From the human T2T-CHM13v2.0 reference genome, Homo sapiens, in NCBI RefSeq assembly GCF_009914755.1, contig NC_060932.1: 64,000 nt of DNA. The stretch is one strand, 5' to 3'. This document shows positions 32,301 through 58,130 of this stretch, piece by piece (position 1 is the first letter of the stretch; each line of letters starts with the position of its first letter). The notes under the pieces are model-generated. The model saw only the letters and a program-made list of their open reading frames with translations. It made no database searches and was not told where the DNA came from. The position numbers and the translations under genes are program-made.

Positions 32301-32937
32301 GAAAAAAATATATATAGGTCCATAACAACACAGAGAAATATTTCTTTTTACACATATCAAGTCTTTATATTCACTTCTTCTGAGTATTTGTTAAATATTT
32401 ATTGAATAAATAAAAATGGACTTTAGAGTAGGTTCTCTGTAATGTTTTTCTAATAAATAAATCATTATATAATTTAGCTGGCCTGAGCCTTAAGATATAC
32501 ACTTATTCATTCTTTGTTTTCCTGTTTCTTAAAAATGTGATTTTAGTCTAAGACTAAATTTATTTATTTATTGAAATTATTGTGTGATGAAATACTGCAT
32601 GTACTTCTGTGTTTTACTTAGTTTTGACTTTCAGCAAAGTGTAATGTGATAATTTATGCTTACAGGAGGAAAACAAAGTTAAATTTTATATTTTTTGAAA
32701 ACTTCATTTTGTTCTTCTTCTTAAAGTAGCTTGGCCAAATGGCCCTTGTATTACTTACGACAGTTGAAACCGCTCCAACCAAGAGACATGAAATTCAGCT
32801 GCTAAAATAAAGTGAATGTTTATTCTTCTCTCATGTCATGGTCAAGAAGTAGGTGGTACAGCACTGGAAGGGGAAGGGAAGCTCTGCAATCTCCAAAACA
32901 TCCAAAGCAGCTGCCCCAGTTCTCCTCATTATGAAGC

Positions 32938-33425
32938 CTGTGTCTTGAGTTAAACAAGCAAGAAAGACCCTATTCAAAACAACTGCAAGATAGAAGAAAA
33001 ATTGTATTCAGAGTTATTAAAACGAAAGGCAGGAAAGTGTTGAAGTACTAGGGTGAGCTGGTGGAAAAGTCCTGGAGGATATTAGGGGGCAGATTGGTCC
33101 ATGTGATTAGGCCATTTGTGTTTTCTAATTGGCACTTATGGAAGTTAGTCACCTACCCTCCCAGAGAGACTGAGAGATAGAGGCAATATCTTCCTTGAAG
33201 ATGAAATTTCTAAGGGATGGGTCCCAGGTCCTTGAGAAAGACATCCCTGGGTTGGAAATCCAGCAAGAAGCTGGGAAACAATTTACATTTTAAAGGGGCA
33301 GGAAAATGATTCACAATTGCAAGTTTTCTAAAGCAAATGCTCTAAGAAAAGTCAAGAGCCTGTAATCAAGAAGAAACCTGCCTGAAATAGTCAGTCTGAG
33401 GGGAATGCTAAGCCTATCTTGGTCA
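32938..33425 (-). mobile_element. MER31/MER67-like ERV1 LTR, apparently nested in an MLT1 LTR (~32750-33605)
   Basis: cccaggtccttgagaaagacat, caattgcaagttttctaaagcaaatgctctaag, ends tcttggtca; MLT1 motif cccattggccagaac...ggaggctgggaaa follows. Confidence 0.7.
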
Positions 33426-33605
33426 TTTGTAAGAAGGAACAATGGAATTAAGAGAACACACGTTTCTTCTTAGGAACACAAACAGGAGAAGCACACATTA
33501 TTCCATTCATATCCCATTGGCCAGAACATAGTCACATATTTACACAAACCTTCATAGGAGGCTGGGAAAAGTAGTCTTAGGGCAGTCATGTGCCCATCTA
33601 AAACT

Positions 33606-34515
33606 GGCCTGAATTGGGATTCTTTCACAGGAACTTGCGAAAAACTCCACCCTTCACTTTTTTCCACCACTGAATCCTCCAACACCATAGAGTCTGCCAG
33701 GTGGTATGGCTTATGAGGTGGGGCTGTTTGCACACTGCTGCCTTGACCTGTCTCAGCCCTTTCTTGCTCCTGACTCCATTCAAAGCTAGCAGCCTTCTCT
33801 GGGTCAGAACAATATTCTTGGATATGGAATGTGTGGCCTCAAAACCCAAAACCCAAAACCCAGTGTATTCTTGCATTATCATAGGAAATGCAAGAAGTAT
33901 TGATTTGTCTTTAATTTTGGAGGAAATATCCTAGCATACCCCTAATCTCTGGACCCCTAATCATTTTACTGAAATGGCGGGTCCCTGAATCTTCATGGAA
34001 TTTTATCTTCTACTACCAGGAGCACACATGTCTTACAAGGCTTTCAGCATGCCCGCCACTTCTTGTTCCTCATGTGCAATCAGCATGATGTCATTGACAT
34101 AATGGATTGATGTAATGTTCCAAGGGACTCTGACAGGCCTAATCTCCTAAGACTTATAGCACTGAGGGAAGGAGAGTTAGCAAAGCTCTGAAGTGAAAAT
34201 CATAAGTGAATATATTTTGCCATATCTCACGAATGCAAACTGTTTCTGATCCTGTCATCTGACCAGAATACGAAAGAATGCATTCACTAAACCAATGGCC
34301 ATAGGAAAGTGAGGCTTTATAAATCTGCTCTAGAAATGACACTACATCCAGCATAGCAGCTATGCTGCTACTACTTGTTTGAGCTCACAGTAGTCTATAC
34401 TACAGTCATCCTCTAGAATCCATCCATTTCTGCAGGAGGCAACCTGGCAAATTTAACAGAGATGAGATAGGGACCACCAACCCTACATCTTTTAGATCTT
34501 TAATTATGGCATTAC
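33606..34515 (-). pseudogene. ERV-L pol (reverse transcriptase and tether) remnant
   Basis: Minus-strand peptides AIIKDLKDVGLVVPISS, HYVNDIML (YxDD box at ~34085-34104) and ADSMVLEDSV...PVKESQFRP match HERV-L Pol as I recall it (ATIKDLKDAGVVIP, HYIDDIML, ADPMVLEVSV...PIGESQRRP). Many stops and frameshifts. Confidence 0.85.
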
Positions 34516-34820
34516 ATTTGAGTATATATAATGAGGAAGAAAATGATGTATAGTAATTACAGGAAAAAAAAACCCCAATAAACTGCTGACTCATTCATCA
34601 GGGAGACAGAGTAATCTAGGGAAAAAGATAAAGGACAGAGAGCACAAGGTTTGAATATTTTAGCCACATGGCCTGATTACTCTCTGCATGACTCGCTATA
34701 CATATTTAACTCTCTAAGTCCAAATTCCTCTATCTGTAAATAAGGTTGGTAATATTTTCCTTCAATCTGTCTTGTATGGAAGGCTATTAAGTAAACAGAT
34801 GAATATAGAATGTTTCTTTA

Positions 34821-34999
34821 ATAATGGTAGATATTCGGTGCTGTAAAAGCACATTCAACAGGCTACCAAATACTTTGAAAGGAAATATAAGCAATTCAGT
34901 AGAAGGGAAGTGTTGCTATAATAAAGATTTGCCCTGCTGGATATTGCCAAAGGATGAAATACCATCTGGAACTGTGTGGTCAGTCCAACCACTGAGAAA
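34821..34999 (+). repeat. Left copy of ~180-bp direct duplication (right copy 41302-41481)
   Basis: Manual alignment gives about 28 differences in 180 nt (~84% identity). The copy ends exactly at the LTR's terminal TG. Confidence 0.93.
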
Positions 35000-41301
<6,302 letters not shown>

Positions 41302-41481
41302 ATAATGGTAGATACTTGGTGTTGTAAAAGCTGATTAGGCAGGCTACCAAACACTATGAAAAATAAATGTAAGCAATTCAGTAGAAGGGGAATATTGCTG
41401 TAATAAAGTTTTGCACTGCTGGATATTGGCAAAGGATGAAAGAGCATCTGTCACTGTGTGGTCAGTCTAACTAGTGAGAAA
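41302..41481 (+). repeat. Right copy of ~180-bp direct duplication
   Basis: ataatggtagatacttggtg...gtcagtctaactagtgagaaa aligns collinearly with 34821-34999. Confidence 0.93.
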
Positions 41482-42076
41482 CAACTGCTGAGAATGTATA
41501 AATTCTGCCAATGTGTAGCCCTCAGAAACAAAGCTACCCAGAACCTCAAACACTGGTCAACCCTGAATGACAAATGTTCATTCATCCATATTTCAAAGGT
41601 GTTGAAAGTGTCAACTCCTAGATTCCTGTTCATCCCTTCTCTTGTAAGTTAACTAGCCATTGGGTAGTAGTGAAAAACAATTCAGAAATTCATTTATTGC
41701 TTTTCAACTCCCTTTCCAAATGTTTAATTTTTAAATGGAAATTTGGTTCATTTTAGGTATTTTCATATGAAAATAGGGATTGAGCTTTGCTCACTAGGTA
41801 GAACTGTGGAAGTCTAAAATAGCTGTGAACTGGAAAACATTTTGTGATGTTTATAGTCACTTAAGTTCTTTTATGAAAACAAAACAATAAGCACTATAAG
41901 TAAAGGACATTTGTTTTGAATGCATACAGGATGTGGTTTTGAACTTGAATTTGTTGCTTACTATGTTTATTCTAAAAACTGACCAGTGTTCTTGATAACC
42001 ACCTGAGCATTTAAAGCATTTTTTCCCAAAGGAAAGGAGGTCCACTAAAGACATATTAATTTAAAACAATGCTTTA

Positions 42077-42375
42077 GGCTGGGCATGGTGACTCACGCCT
42101 GTAATCCTAGCAAATGGGGAGTTGAGACAGGAGGATCGCCTAAGTCCAGGAGTTCAAGACCAGCCTGGGAAACACGGTGAAACTCCATCTCTACAAAATA
42201 CAAAAATTAGCCCACATCGTGGCACCTGCCTGTAGTCCCAGCAACTCAGAAGGCTGATGTGAGAGGATCCCGTAAGTCCAGGGAGGTGGAGGCTGCAGCG
42301 AACCATGATCCCATCACTACACTTCAGCCAGGGTGACAGAGTGAGATGCTGTCTCAAAAATAAAGAAAGAAAATA
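42077..42375 (+). mobile_element. AluJ
   Basis: Diverged dimer; TSD aaaacaatgcttta / aaaataatgcttta. Confidence 0.93.
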
Positions 42376-42388
42376 AAATAATGCTTTA

Positions 42389-42768
<380 letters not shown>

Positions 42769-43404
42769 TTACTAAGTCAGTTTTCTAGCCAATGAAACTG
42801 AAGTTGCAGATATACTCATTTCACTGTGATTAAGTAATCAGTTAAATACCAATTATTCCTTATTAAAATAACTTTTAATTTATTTGAGGAAAGAAAGAAA
42901 TATTACCATCTTACAGTTTAATTTGTCAACTATTCCTTTAATTCACAAAGCAAATGTTTAAATAATAAATAAATAAATATAGCATTCACCTTATAAAAGA
43001 ATGACAATGATTGATTATAAGTACAGAATAATCACTTCATCAAAACCAAGAGTTCTTTGGTGATACTCAGAAAGTGACGTTGCCAGATAAAACAACCCAA
43101 ACATAATCTAAGTTCAGGGAATTCATGGCAAACACATTTATTTAAAACCTCTGGGTCAGCTGTTTCAAATATCAGAAACCAGAAAGTATGCCCATTGTCA
43201 TAGTCTTTTTGTGCTGCTGTAACAAAATACCACAGATTAGGTAATTTATAAAAAATAGAAGTTTATTTCTCACAGTTTGGGAGGCCAAGATGCCCAAGAT
43301 CAAGGCATTGGCACATGGTGTCTGATAAGAACTTTCTTACCGCATCTTCACATGGCAGAAGTTGGAATGGCAAGCCAGCAAATCTCTTTTAAAAAGGCCT
43401 TAAT

Positions 43405-45964
<2,560 letters not shown>

Positions 45965-46027
45965 TATGATGTTAGCTGGTTATTTTGCTCATTAGTTGAT
46001 GCAGTTTCTTCCTAGCCTCGATGGTCT

Positions 46028-47053
46028 TTACAATTTGTCATGTTTTTGCAGTGGCTGCTTCCTGTTGTTCCTTTCCATGTTTAGTTCTTCCTTCAGGAAC
46101 TTTTGTAGGGCAGGCCTGGTGGTGACAAAATCTCTCAGCATTTGCTTGTCTGTAAAGGATTTTGTTTCCCCTTCACTTATGAAGCTTAGTTTGGCTGGAT
46201 ATGAAATTCTGGGTTGAAAATTCTTTTCTTTAAGAATGTTGAATATTAGCCCCCACTCTCTTCTGGCTTGCAGAATTTCTGCCAAGAGATCCGCTGTTAG
46301 TTTGATGGGCTTCCCTTTGTGGGTAACCTGACCTTTCTCTCTGGCTGCCCTTAACATTTTTTCCTTCATTTCAACTTTGGTGAATCTGACAATTATGTGT
46401 CTTGGAGTTGCTCTTCTCGAGGAGTATCTTTGTGGCATTCTCTGTATTTCCAGAATTTGAATGTTGACCTGCCTTGCTAGGTTTGGGAAGTTTTCCAGGA
46501 TAACATCCTGAAGAGTGTTTTCCAACTTGGCTCCATTCTTCCCGTCACTTTCAGGTACACTGATCAGATGTAGATTTGGACTTTTCACATAGTCCCATAT
46601 TTCTTGGAGGCTTTGTTCATTTCTTTCTACTCTTTTTTCTCTAAACTTCACTTCTCACTTCATTTCTTTCATTTGATCTTCAATCACTGATACCCTTTCT
46701 TCCAGTTGATTGAATCGGCTACTGAAGCTTGTGCATGCATCACGTAGTTCCCGTGCCATGGCTTTCAGTTCCATCAGGTCATTTAAGGTCTTCTCTACAC
46801 TGTTTATTCTAGTTAGCCATTTGTCTAATCTTTTTTCAAGGTTTTTAGCTTCTTTGCAATGGGTTCGAACATCCTCCTTTAGCTCAGAGAAGTTTGTTAT
46901 TACCAATTGTCTGAAGCCTACTTCTGTCAACTTATCAAAGTCATTCTCCATCCACCTTTGTTCCGTTGCTGGCAAGGAGCTGCATTCCTTTGGAGGAGAA
47001 GAGGTGCTCTGATTTTTAGAATTTTCAGCTTTTCTGCTCTGGTTTCTCCCCAT
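46028..47053 (-). pseudogene. L1 ORF1p, disrupted (stop at ~46655)
   Basis: MGRNQSRKAENSKNQS...; ...RNEQSLQEIWDYVK...NFQPRISYPAKLSF. Confidence 0.93.
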
Positions 47054-47954
47054 CTTTGTGGTTTTATCTACCTTTGGTCTTTGATGATGGTGATGTACAG
47101 ATAGGGTTTTGGTGTGGATGTCCTTTCTGTTTGTTAGTTTTCCTTCTAACAGTCAGGACCCTCAGCTGCAGGTCTGTTGGAGTTTGCTGGAGGTCACTCT
47201 AGACCCTGTTTGCCTGGGTATCACCAGCGGAGGCTGCAGAACAGAATATTGCAGAACAGCAAATGTTGCTGCCTGATCCTTCCTCTGGAAGCTTTGTTTC
47301 AGAGAGGCACCCAGCTCTATGAGGTGTCAGTCAGCCCCTACTGGGGGGTGTCTCCCAGTTAGGCTACTCGGGGGTCAGAAACCCACTTGAGGAGGCAGTC
47401 TGTCCGTTCTCAGATTTCAAACTCTGCTGGGAGAACCACTACTCTCTTCAAAGCTGTCAGACAGAGATGTTTAATTCTGCAGAAGTTTCTACTGCCTTTT
47501 GTTCAGCTATGCTCTGCCGCCAGAGGTGCAGTCTAGAGGCAGGCAGGCAGGCCTCCTTGCACTGTGGTGGGATCCACCCAGTTCGAGCTTCCTGGCCGCT
47601 TTGTTTACCTACTCAAGCGTCAGCAATAGCGGATACCCCTCCCCCAGCCTCGCTGCTGCCTTGCAGTTCGATCTCAGACTGCTGTGCAAGCGGTGAGTGA
47701 GGCTCCGTGGGCGTGGGACCCTCCGAGCCAGGCCTGCGATAAAATTGCCTGGTCTGCCATTTGCTAAGACCACTGGAAAAGTGCAGTATTAGGGTGGGCA
47801 TGTCCCGATTTTCCAGGTACCATCTGTCATGGCTTTCCTTGGCTAGGAAAGGGAATTCCCTAACCCCCTGTGCTTCCCAGGTGAGGCAATGCCCCACCCT
47901 GCTTCAGTTCACACTCTATGGGCTGCACCCACTGTCCAACAAGCCCCAGTGAGA

Positions 47955-49404
47955 AGCTGGAGGCATCATGCTACCTGACTTCAAACTATACTACAAGGCT
48001 ACAGTGAGCAAAACAGCGTGGTACTGGTACCAAAACAGAGATATAGACCAATGGAACAGAACAGAGCCCTCAGAAATAATACCACACATCTACAACCATC
48101 TGATCTTTGACAAACCTGACAAAAACAAGAAATGGTAAAAGGATTCCCTATTTAATAAATGGTGCTGGGAAAACTGGCTAGCCATATGTAGAAAGCTGAA
48201 ACTGGATCCCATCCTTACTCCTTATACAAAAATTAATTCAAGATGGATTAAAAACTTAAATGTTAGACCTAAAACCATAAAAACCCTAGAAGAAAACCTA
48301 GGCAGTACCATTCAGGACATAGGCATGGGCAAGGACTTCATGACTAAAACACCAAAAGCAATGGCAACAAAAGCCAAAATAGACAAATGGGATCTAATTA
48401 AACTAAAGAGCTTCTGCACAGCAAAAGATACTACCATCAGAGTGAACAGGCAACCTAAAGAATGGGAGAAAATTTTTACAATCTACCCATCTGACAAAGG
48501 GTTAGTATCCAGAATCTATAAAGAACTTAAACAAATTTACAAGAAAAAAATCAAACAACCATATCAAAAAGTTGGTGAAAGATATGAACAGACAATTCTC
48601 AAAAGAAGACATTTATGCAGCCAAAAGACACATGAAAAAATGCTCATCATCACTGGTCATCAGAGAAATGCAAATCAAAACCACAATAAGATACTATCTC
48701 ACACCAGTTAGAATGGCGATCATTAAAAAGTCAGGAAACAACAGGTGCTGGAGAGGATGTGGAGAAGTAGGAACACTTTTACACTGTTGGTGGGACTGTA
48801 AACTAGTTCAACCACTGTGGAAGACAGTGTGGCAATTCCTCAAGGATCTAGAACTAGAAACACCATTTGACCCAGCCATCCTAGTACTGGGTATATACCC
48901 AGAAGATTACAAATCATGCTGCTCTAAAGACACATGCACATGTATGTTTATTGTGGCCCTATTCACAGTAGCAAATACTTGGAACCAACCGAAATGTCCA
49001 TCAACGATAGACTAGATTAAGAAAATGTGGCACATATACACCATGGAATACTATGCAGCCATAAAAAGGATGAGTTCATGTCCTTTGTAGGGACATGGAT
49101 GAAGCTGGAAACCATCATTCTGAGCAAACTAACTCAAGGACAGAAAACCAAACACCGCATGTTCTCACTCATAGGTGGGAATTGAACAATGAGAATACTT
49201 GGACACAGGGTGGGGAACATCACACACCGGGGCCTGTCGTGGGGTGGGGGGAAGGGGGAGGGATAGCATTAGGAGATATACATAATGTTAATGGACGAGT
49301 TAATGGGTGCAGCACACCAACACGGCACATATATACATAAGTAAAAAATCTGGACATTGTGCACATGTACCCTAGAACTTAAAATATAATTTAAAAAAAG
49401 AAAA
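47955..49404 (+). mobile_element. Non-inverted 3' segment of the same L1PA (ORF2 C-terminus, 3'UTR, A-tail)
   Basis: agctggaggcatcatgctacctgac...; G-rich 3'UTR at 49240-49262; right TSD aaaaaggccttaat at 49405-49418. Confidence 0.95.
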
Positions 49405-49589
49405 AAAAAGGCCTTAATTCCATTAATGAGGAAGAAGCCCTCATTGCCAATTCACTTCTTAAAGACCCCAACTTTTAATACTATCCATTGGCAACACCTG
49501 AATTTTGGAGGGGACACATTCATACCATAGCACCCGTGTTACTGATTTAATCCCTACCCTTCACAATATACTCTGATATTATTTCACAT

Positions 49590-52470
<2,881 letters not shown>

Positions 52471-52753
52471 GATTACTTCAGAGTAGGTACACCAGCACGA
52501 TAAGCAAATACATTAAAAATAATATGCTTTAACCAATCATGTATCCATTGCAAAAATATTTTGAGGGTACTCTAACATTATAATTTTGATTTTAAATGTT
52601 ACTAAATAATATAATGTAATGCTACTAAATAACTCTCTCCTAGTCCTAGAACAATAGTTACCTAAAAGCTACACAGTTTGAATGTTAGAAGTTTTGTCCT
52701 TCCTAATGCATCATATTGAGGTATAACCTGAGTGGAAAAATTGATAATGGTAG

Positions 52754-53749
52754 TGATGCAGGAATTTTCTCAGCACCTTCACCCAACTCCCAGCAGAGGC
52801 ACCCCCTCTACTTGTCCTGAGCTCAACTCCTTGCAGGAGGGAGCACATGAGCCAATGAGTGAGGATCTGGCCAACACAGGAACAAGCTCTGTGTGGGGCC
52901 TGCGGCCAGACCAGGTACTAACAAGCGAGTGCAAGACCCGGCTGGCTGTCCTGGGTGCCAACACAGGAGCAAACTCTGTTTGGGACCCATGGCCAAACCG
53001 GGTGTGTTGCCTCAAGGAGAATGAAGCAGTGCCCATGTGGGGTTACCCACAACCCTGAAGCCCCAGATGAGGTGTTACAGTGCTCCTTTAGTTCTGCTGT
53101 CCATGAATGGTGGTGTGTTAGCAACTCAGTTGGCCTCTTGCCTCATTGCGTGGGGCAGCTGTCCTCCACTGGTGAGGGCAAAGGGCCAGTGTGACAGCTC
53201 TTGCATGGCATCCAAGAAGAATGAGGTCAAACAGATAGCTGAAGGATGGTGAAATTGGAGAATTTCACTGAGTGATGAAAACAGCTCTCAGTAGAGAGGG
53301 GAGCTGGAGAGAGGACAGGAAGGGCAGGTCACCTTCCCGGAAGTCAGGTTGTCTCTTCCCTGAAGTCAGCCCATCTCTTCAGAGGGGGAGAAGTTAGACC
53401 ATTTCCCCCTCTAACGACTGAGGTGGGGTCTTTATAGGCACAGGATGGGGAGCGTGTGCTGATTGGTTTGTGAGTATGCAAAAAAAGATTAAAGCGAAGG
53501 CATCATTCAAAGGTGGGCACGACAGTGTAGAAAACCAATTAGGAAAGGGTAGATATATGTAAAATAAGTGAAGGGTGGGAATCAATCAGAGGAAAGCATG
53601 CCAAAGAGGAAAACAAGTTCTCAATCTGGTCCAAGGATTCAACTTGCAGCTTGGCTTTCAGGTTTTAAACTGTCTTCAGCTTGGAGGTGGGGTTTTATTG
53701 GGTACCCACCCCATCTGCCTACGCATTTGGCTGCCTCCTGTCACTATCA
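52754..53749 (-). mobile_element. LTR28-like (LTR1/27/28 group, ERV1) solo LTR
   Basis: tgatgcagg...ggctgcctcctgtcactatca; antisense TATA/CCAAT region (ctttataggc, ctgattgg); exact TSD gtag/gtag. Confidence 0.82.
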
Positions 53750-53809
53750 GTAGGAATATATGGGAAGCATTACTTCATTGCTAGTATTTATTTCTCATTT
53801 GCAAACCAC

Positions 53810-54040
53810 ATAGTGGATAAATTTCCTGAGTACCTACATTGTATAGGATGCTGTGTTAGGTGCTTTATATTTATAAGGTCATTTAATCTTTACAATGAAC
53901 TTTCAGTGTAGATGATATTATGCCAAGTTACAAATAAGGAAACTGAGACTCAAAGATGTTTGGACACACCAGAGCTAAGATAACCCACTAAACTTTAAAT
54001 TCCATATGTATCAGATTTAACAATTTATTCTTAGCATTTA
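53810..54040 (-). mobile_element. MIR
   Basis: ttcctgagtacctac...catttaatcttta...aaggaaactgagactcaaag. Confidence 0.75.
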
Positions 54041-54642
54041 AATCAGAGCTTCATACAACAGGGATTTAATACGTGTTTGCAAAAGGAAGGGATTCCTTAC
54101 ACTATTGATGCAGAATCAATAGAATACTATTTACAGAAATCCTTAAGGAAGCTTCCTGATGATAACTCATTCTAAGGAAAAGGAGCTCAATGGGACAACC
54201 CTAACAAAAGGACAAAACTTTAATCATCAGGATGAAAGTCAGTTCTGAACTTGTGCAGCATGTGCTTGTCATTTGAATTTATCCCTATTCTGGACAAGGC
54301 TGATAATAAGTTTTGCTGAGGTTAGGGGCTAGGGATAGAAAGTGAAAAAATGTGTTTTATGAAAAACACTATAAAACACAGTGGCATTAATAACACTGCT
54401 TCAAGACCCAGGTGGAAAATTATAATAATAAAATGAGGAGCATGACAGTGTCCTTAATTTTACTTGGAATAGCGTAGTTTCTGCTACCCAGAGGAGTCTA
54501 GAGCACAAAATGCTCTTTTGGTGTCCAGAGAACTGCAAGCAATCTTCAGTAGGAGCAGGAATGTTAGCTGCAGGCACTCAGAAGTGTGCCTGGTAGGAAA
54601 GTTTATGGTAGAGACCCATCTGGGAAACCAAAGACAATGGTC

Positions 54643-57000
54643 ACATTCATTCATTTATAAATATTTACTGAGCACATATAATGTATAAGTCTGTGTGAGT
54701 TGCTGGAGTGGAGCAAATGAATAAAGAAGAAAACATTCCTGTTTCATGGAGCTTCTAGAGGGAAAGAAAGAGAAAAGGTTAGCAAAAACTTAAAGATAAT
54801 TGCTGACTGTGATAAATGCTGTGTAGGAAATTTTAAAGAGTGCAATGATATACAGAAAGGAATTAGGGGCAACATTAGATTGAATGTCAAGGAATACCTC
54901 TCTCCAAGGAGATGAAAGCTAGATAATGAGAAAGTAGCAGCCAATCAAAGATCCAGAAAGAGAGCATTTCCTGTAGAGGGAAGACCAGATGCAAGGAAAT
55001 TCTTTATGGCAGTAAATTACTAGGCCTGGTCCTGTAATGGGAATAAGGCCTTTGTAGGAAAAGATGTAAATGAGCTAAGGGCAGAATGGCTAGACACGAG
55101 TTCAGAGCTAGATAGGACTTAGATTGTAGAGAATAAACAAGAGATCAGCAGATATTTTCCATAAAGGCTCAAATAGCAAATATTATAGGCTTTGCAGCCC
55201 AGACATTCCCTGTTGCAATGACTCAATCTGTCATTGTAGTACAGAAGCATCCATACATAATACATAAATGAATGAGCATGGCTGTGTCTAAAAAAATTAT
55301 TTACAAAAACAGACAGTGAAAACAACACAACCTGCAGGGTATCATTTGCCAACCCGTGGTAAGAACCACGGTAAGGATTGGACGATTCCAAATACATTGG
55401 GAAGCCTCTGAAGAGGTATTTTTGTTGCTGCTATTTTTTGTTTGCTTGCTTGTTTGTTTAGCACAAAAGTGTGATATATATTTCCAAGTGATCACTCTGG
55501 TTGCTATATGGAGATTGTATAGCAGAGGGGGTGTGAAAGGAGCAGAAAAAACAGAGTTATTACAGTGTTTAGTCAAGACACAGGTCACTTGGACTAGAGC
55601 AGCTTAGAGTAGACCTAGAAACCCAACATATAAATTTGTAAAAGAAGAAAAAGGACTAGGTGATTGATTGCATTTTTGAGATAAGGAAAATACATAAATT
55701 AAGGATGACTCTTAGATGGTGGCATTGAATAACATAGAGAAAACTTGGACTTGAGCAGATGAATAGGTACATAATTTCCATTTTGAAAGTTTTGTTTCAG
55801 ATGTCTATTAGACATCCAATAAAGGTGTTGGATAAACAGTTAGATATGTAGTGCAGAGGAGTTGCACTACATATATGTAGTGCAGAGGAGTTGGTTGGAA
55901 ATATTAGGTTGAATCAATAAATTGCTGCTGTTCACCTGATTTTTACTTACAAAGACATCAGTTTCATGTGGTTCTATTTAACATAAGCTTACTAATCAGG
56001 CAGGTGAAAGTTTAAGTGAGAGAAAATAAGTATGAAAAGTACAGAATTTGACCAGAGGTACACTAATCTTTAAATGTCAAAAGTCCTGGTGTTCTACAGC
56101 ATTATGGAATAACTATAATTAACAACCATTTATTGTGTATTTTCAGATAGCTAGAGTAGATTTTGAATGTTTCAAACATAAAGAAAGGACAGATGTTTAA
56201 GGTGATGGATGTGCTAATTACCCTGACTTGATCATTACACATTGTATACATGTATCAAAATATCACACTGTACTCCAAAAATATGTACAATTATTATCTG
56301 TCAATTAAAAATAATAGTAAAGCAAAAAAATAAAATAAATTACACCAAATCTCAAAAACTTAGGACAAAAGAAAATTATAAAATAGTTTATTAATTATTA
56401 ATTATTTTGTATATTGATTATGTTGAAATGATAATACTTTTGTATATTGAGTTAAATAAAATATATTCTAATATTTTATTGAAGAAAGAGGAAAAGCCAG
56501 CAAACCAAAGACTAAGAAGGCATGGCCAGTAAGTAGAAACAAAATTTGGAGGGTGGCATGTCACTTAAACACAAAAGACAGTCTTCAAAAGAAACTATTT
56601 TGGATGCTGCTGAAAGGTTGGGTAAAAGATGAGAGAGGAATGCCCATTGATTTAGGAAACATTGAGGTCATTGACAAATGAATTGAAGCTAAGAGAAACC
56701 AAATTCAAATGAGTTAAAGAATGAATGGGAGGTGAGGAAGTGAACACAATGAGTGACATGACAATTCTTTTGAGATGTTTTACTGTGACATTCAGAAGCT
56801 GGAAGATGTGGGGCTTCATGTTTGACTATTTGTTTTAAGATCAGAGATATAAAAACATAGCTTAATACCACTAGAAATGATCTATTAAAGACAGCAATGT
56901 GGATGATGCACCAGCTACTAGATGTCTCAAGGCAGAAGTAGTTAAGGAGGTGAAAGTGCAGGGGACCTGGAGCACACACTAAACAAAGCTGGGACCAGCA
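54643..57000 (-). mobile_element. Long L2a with nested MER58A (~55140-55355), MADE2 (~55903-55984), L1MA 3' end (~56083-56340) and MER33-like piece (~56340-56480)
   Basis: cattcattcatttataaatatttactgagcac start; gatcactctggttgcta; gatgtctattagacatcca; gaatgaatgggaggtgaggaagtg. Nested elements were recognised by their terminal motifs. Confidence 0.75.
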
Positions 57001-57641
57001 CACCTGAGTTAGGCATTCTTTAAAATCTGGATTTCAGTTCTTAGTCTTCCAGGCCTGACAGATGACGTTAGATATGTCATAAACAGAAAGGTAAAGCAGC
57101 ATATTTTTAAGACAGAAAGTAAAAGAATATTATAATTCTGAAAGAGGTTAAAATAAAACCAGGGAACACAGAACGTGAAATGTTTTGTGAACTTGACACC
57201 TATACATATTGGCTCCAAGATTAAATAATTAGAGTTCAATGTATTTTCCTCTGTAGGGCTAAACAGGGAAGAATTCCAGGTTCCCCTACTTCGAGACAAG
57301 AATATGAATGGATTATTACTAAACAAAAGCCTATTTCATTTGCAATTAAAGAGGAAAAGGAGAGAAATAAGGAGAGAATTTGGGAGTTTTAGAATTCCAT
57401 TCAGATCACTAATACAAGATGCAACCAATTGAGAATCTTTAGCCAGGACACACTGATAGAGACCTACTGGTTACTTACATCGTTAAATAATGTCATACCC
57501 ATTGATAACAGACCCTGCCCCAAATTCCTCTACAGCTCCCTTATTTACTCTGGCCCCTCCAATCAAATCCTGTACCTCCTATTATCAAGCAACTAAGGGG
57601 TTAATGCCTAGCACAGTAGGGGACATCTGATCCTACCTATC

Positions 57642-58017
57642 TGATATGGTTTGGATGTGTGTCCCCTCCAAATCTCAGTGTCATGTTGAAATGTGATTGA
57701 GGTGGGGAGGATCCCTGATGAATGGCTTAGTGCCGTCCCACTGGTGAAGAGTGAGTTCTCACTCCATCAGTTCATGGGCAAGCTGTTTGTTTAAAGGAGC
57801 CTGGCATCTCTCTTGCTCCCACTCTCACCATATGACAGGTCTGCTCCCCCTATGCCTTCTGCCGTGATTGGAAGCTTCGGAGGCCCTCAACAGGAGCAGA
57901 TGCCAGCACCATGCTTCTTCTACAGCCTGCAGAACCATCAGCCAAGATAAACTTCTTTTCTTTACAAATTACCCGGCCTCAGGTATTCCCTTACAGCAAT
58001 GCAAACGGACTAACACA
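57642..58017 (+). mobile_element. MSTB-like MaLR solo LTR
   Basis: tgatatggtttggatgtgtgtcccc...gcaaacggactaacaca; TSD ctatc/ctatc. Confidence 0.9.
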
Positions 58018-58088
58018 CTATCTTTACTGTAATTTTTCTCTCTAGTATCCTTCCCCTTAACCATCTGTGCAAACTGAGCAGGCTGATA

Positions 58089-58130
58089 CTAAGGTAAAGA
58101 AAAGTAGCTCTAAGGTAAAGAAAAGTAGCT
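58089..58130. repeat. Perfect tandem duplication, 2 x 21 bp
   Basis: ctaaggtaaagaaaagtagct repeated twice. Confidence 0.95.
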
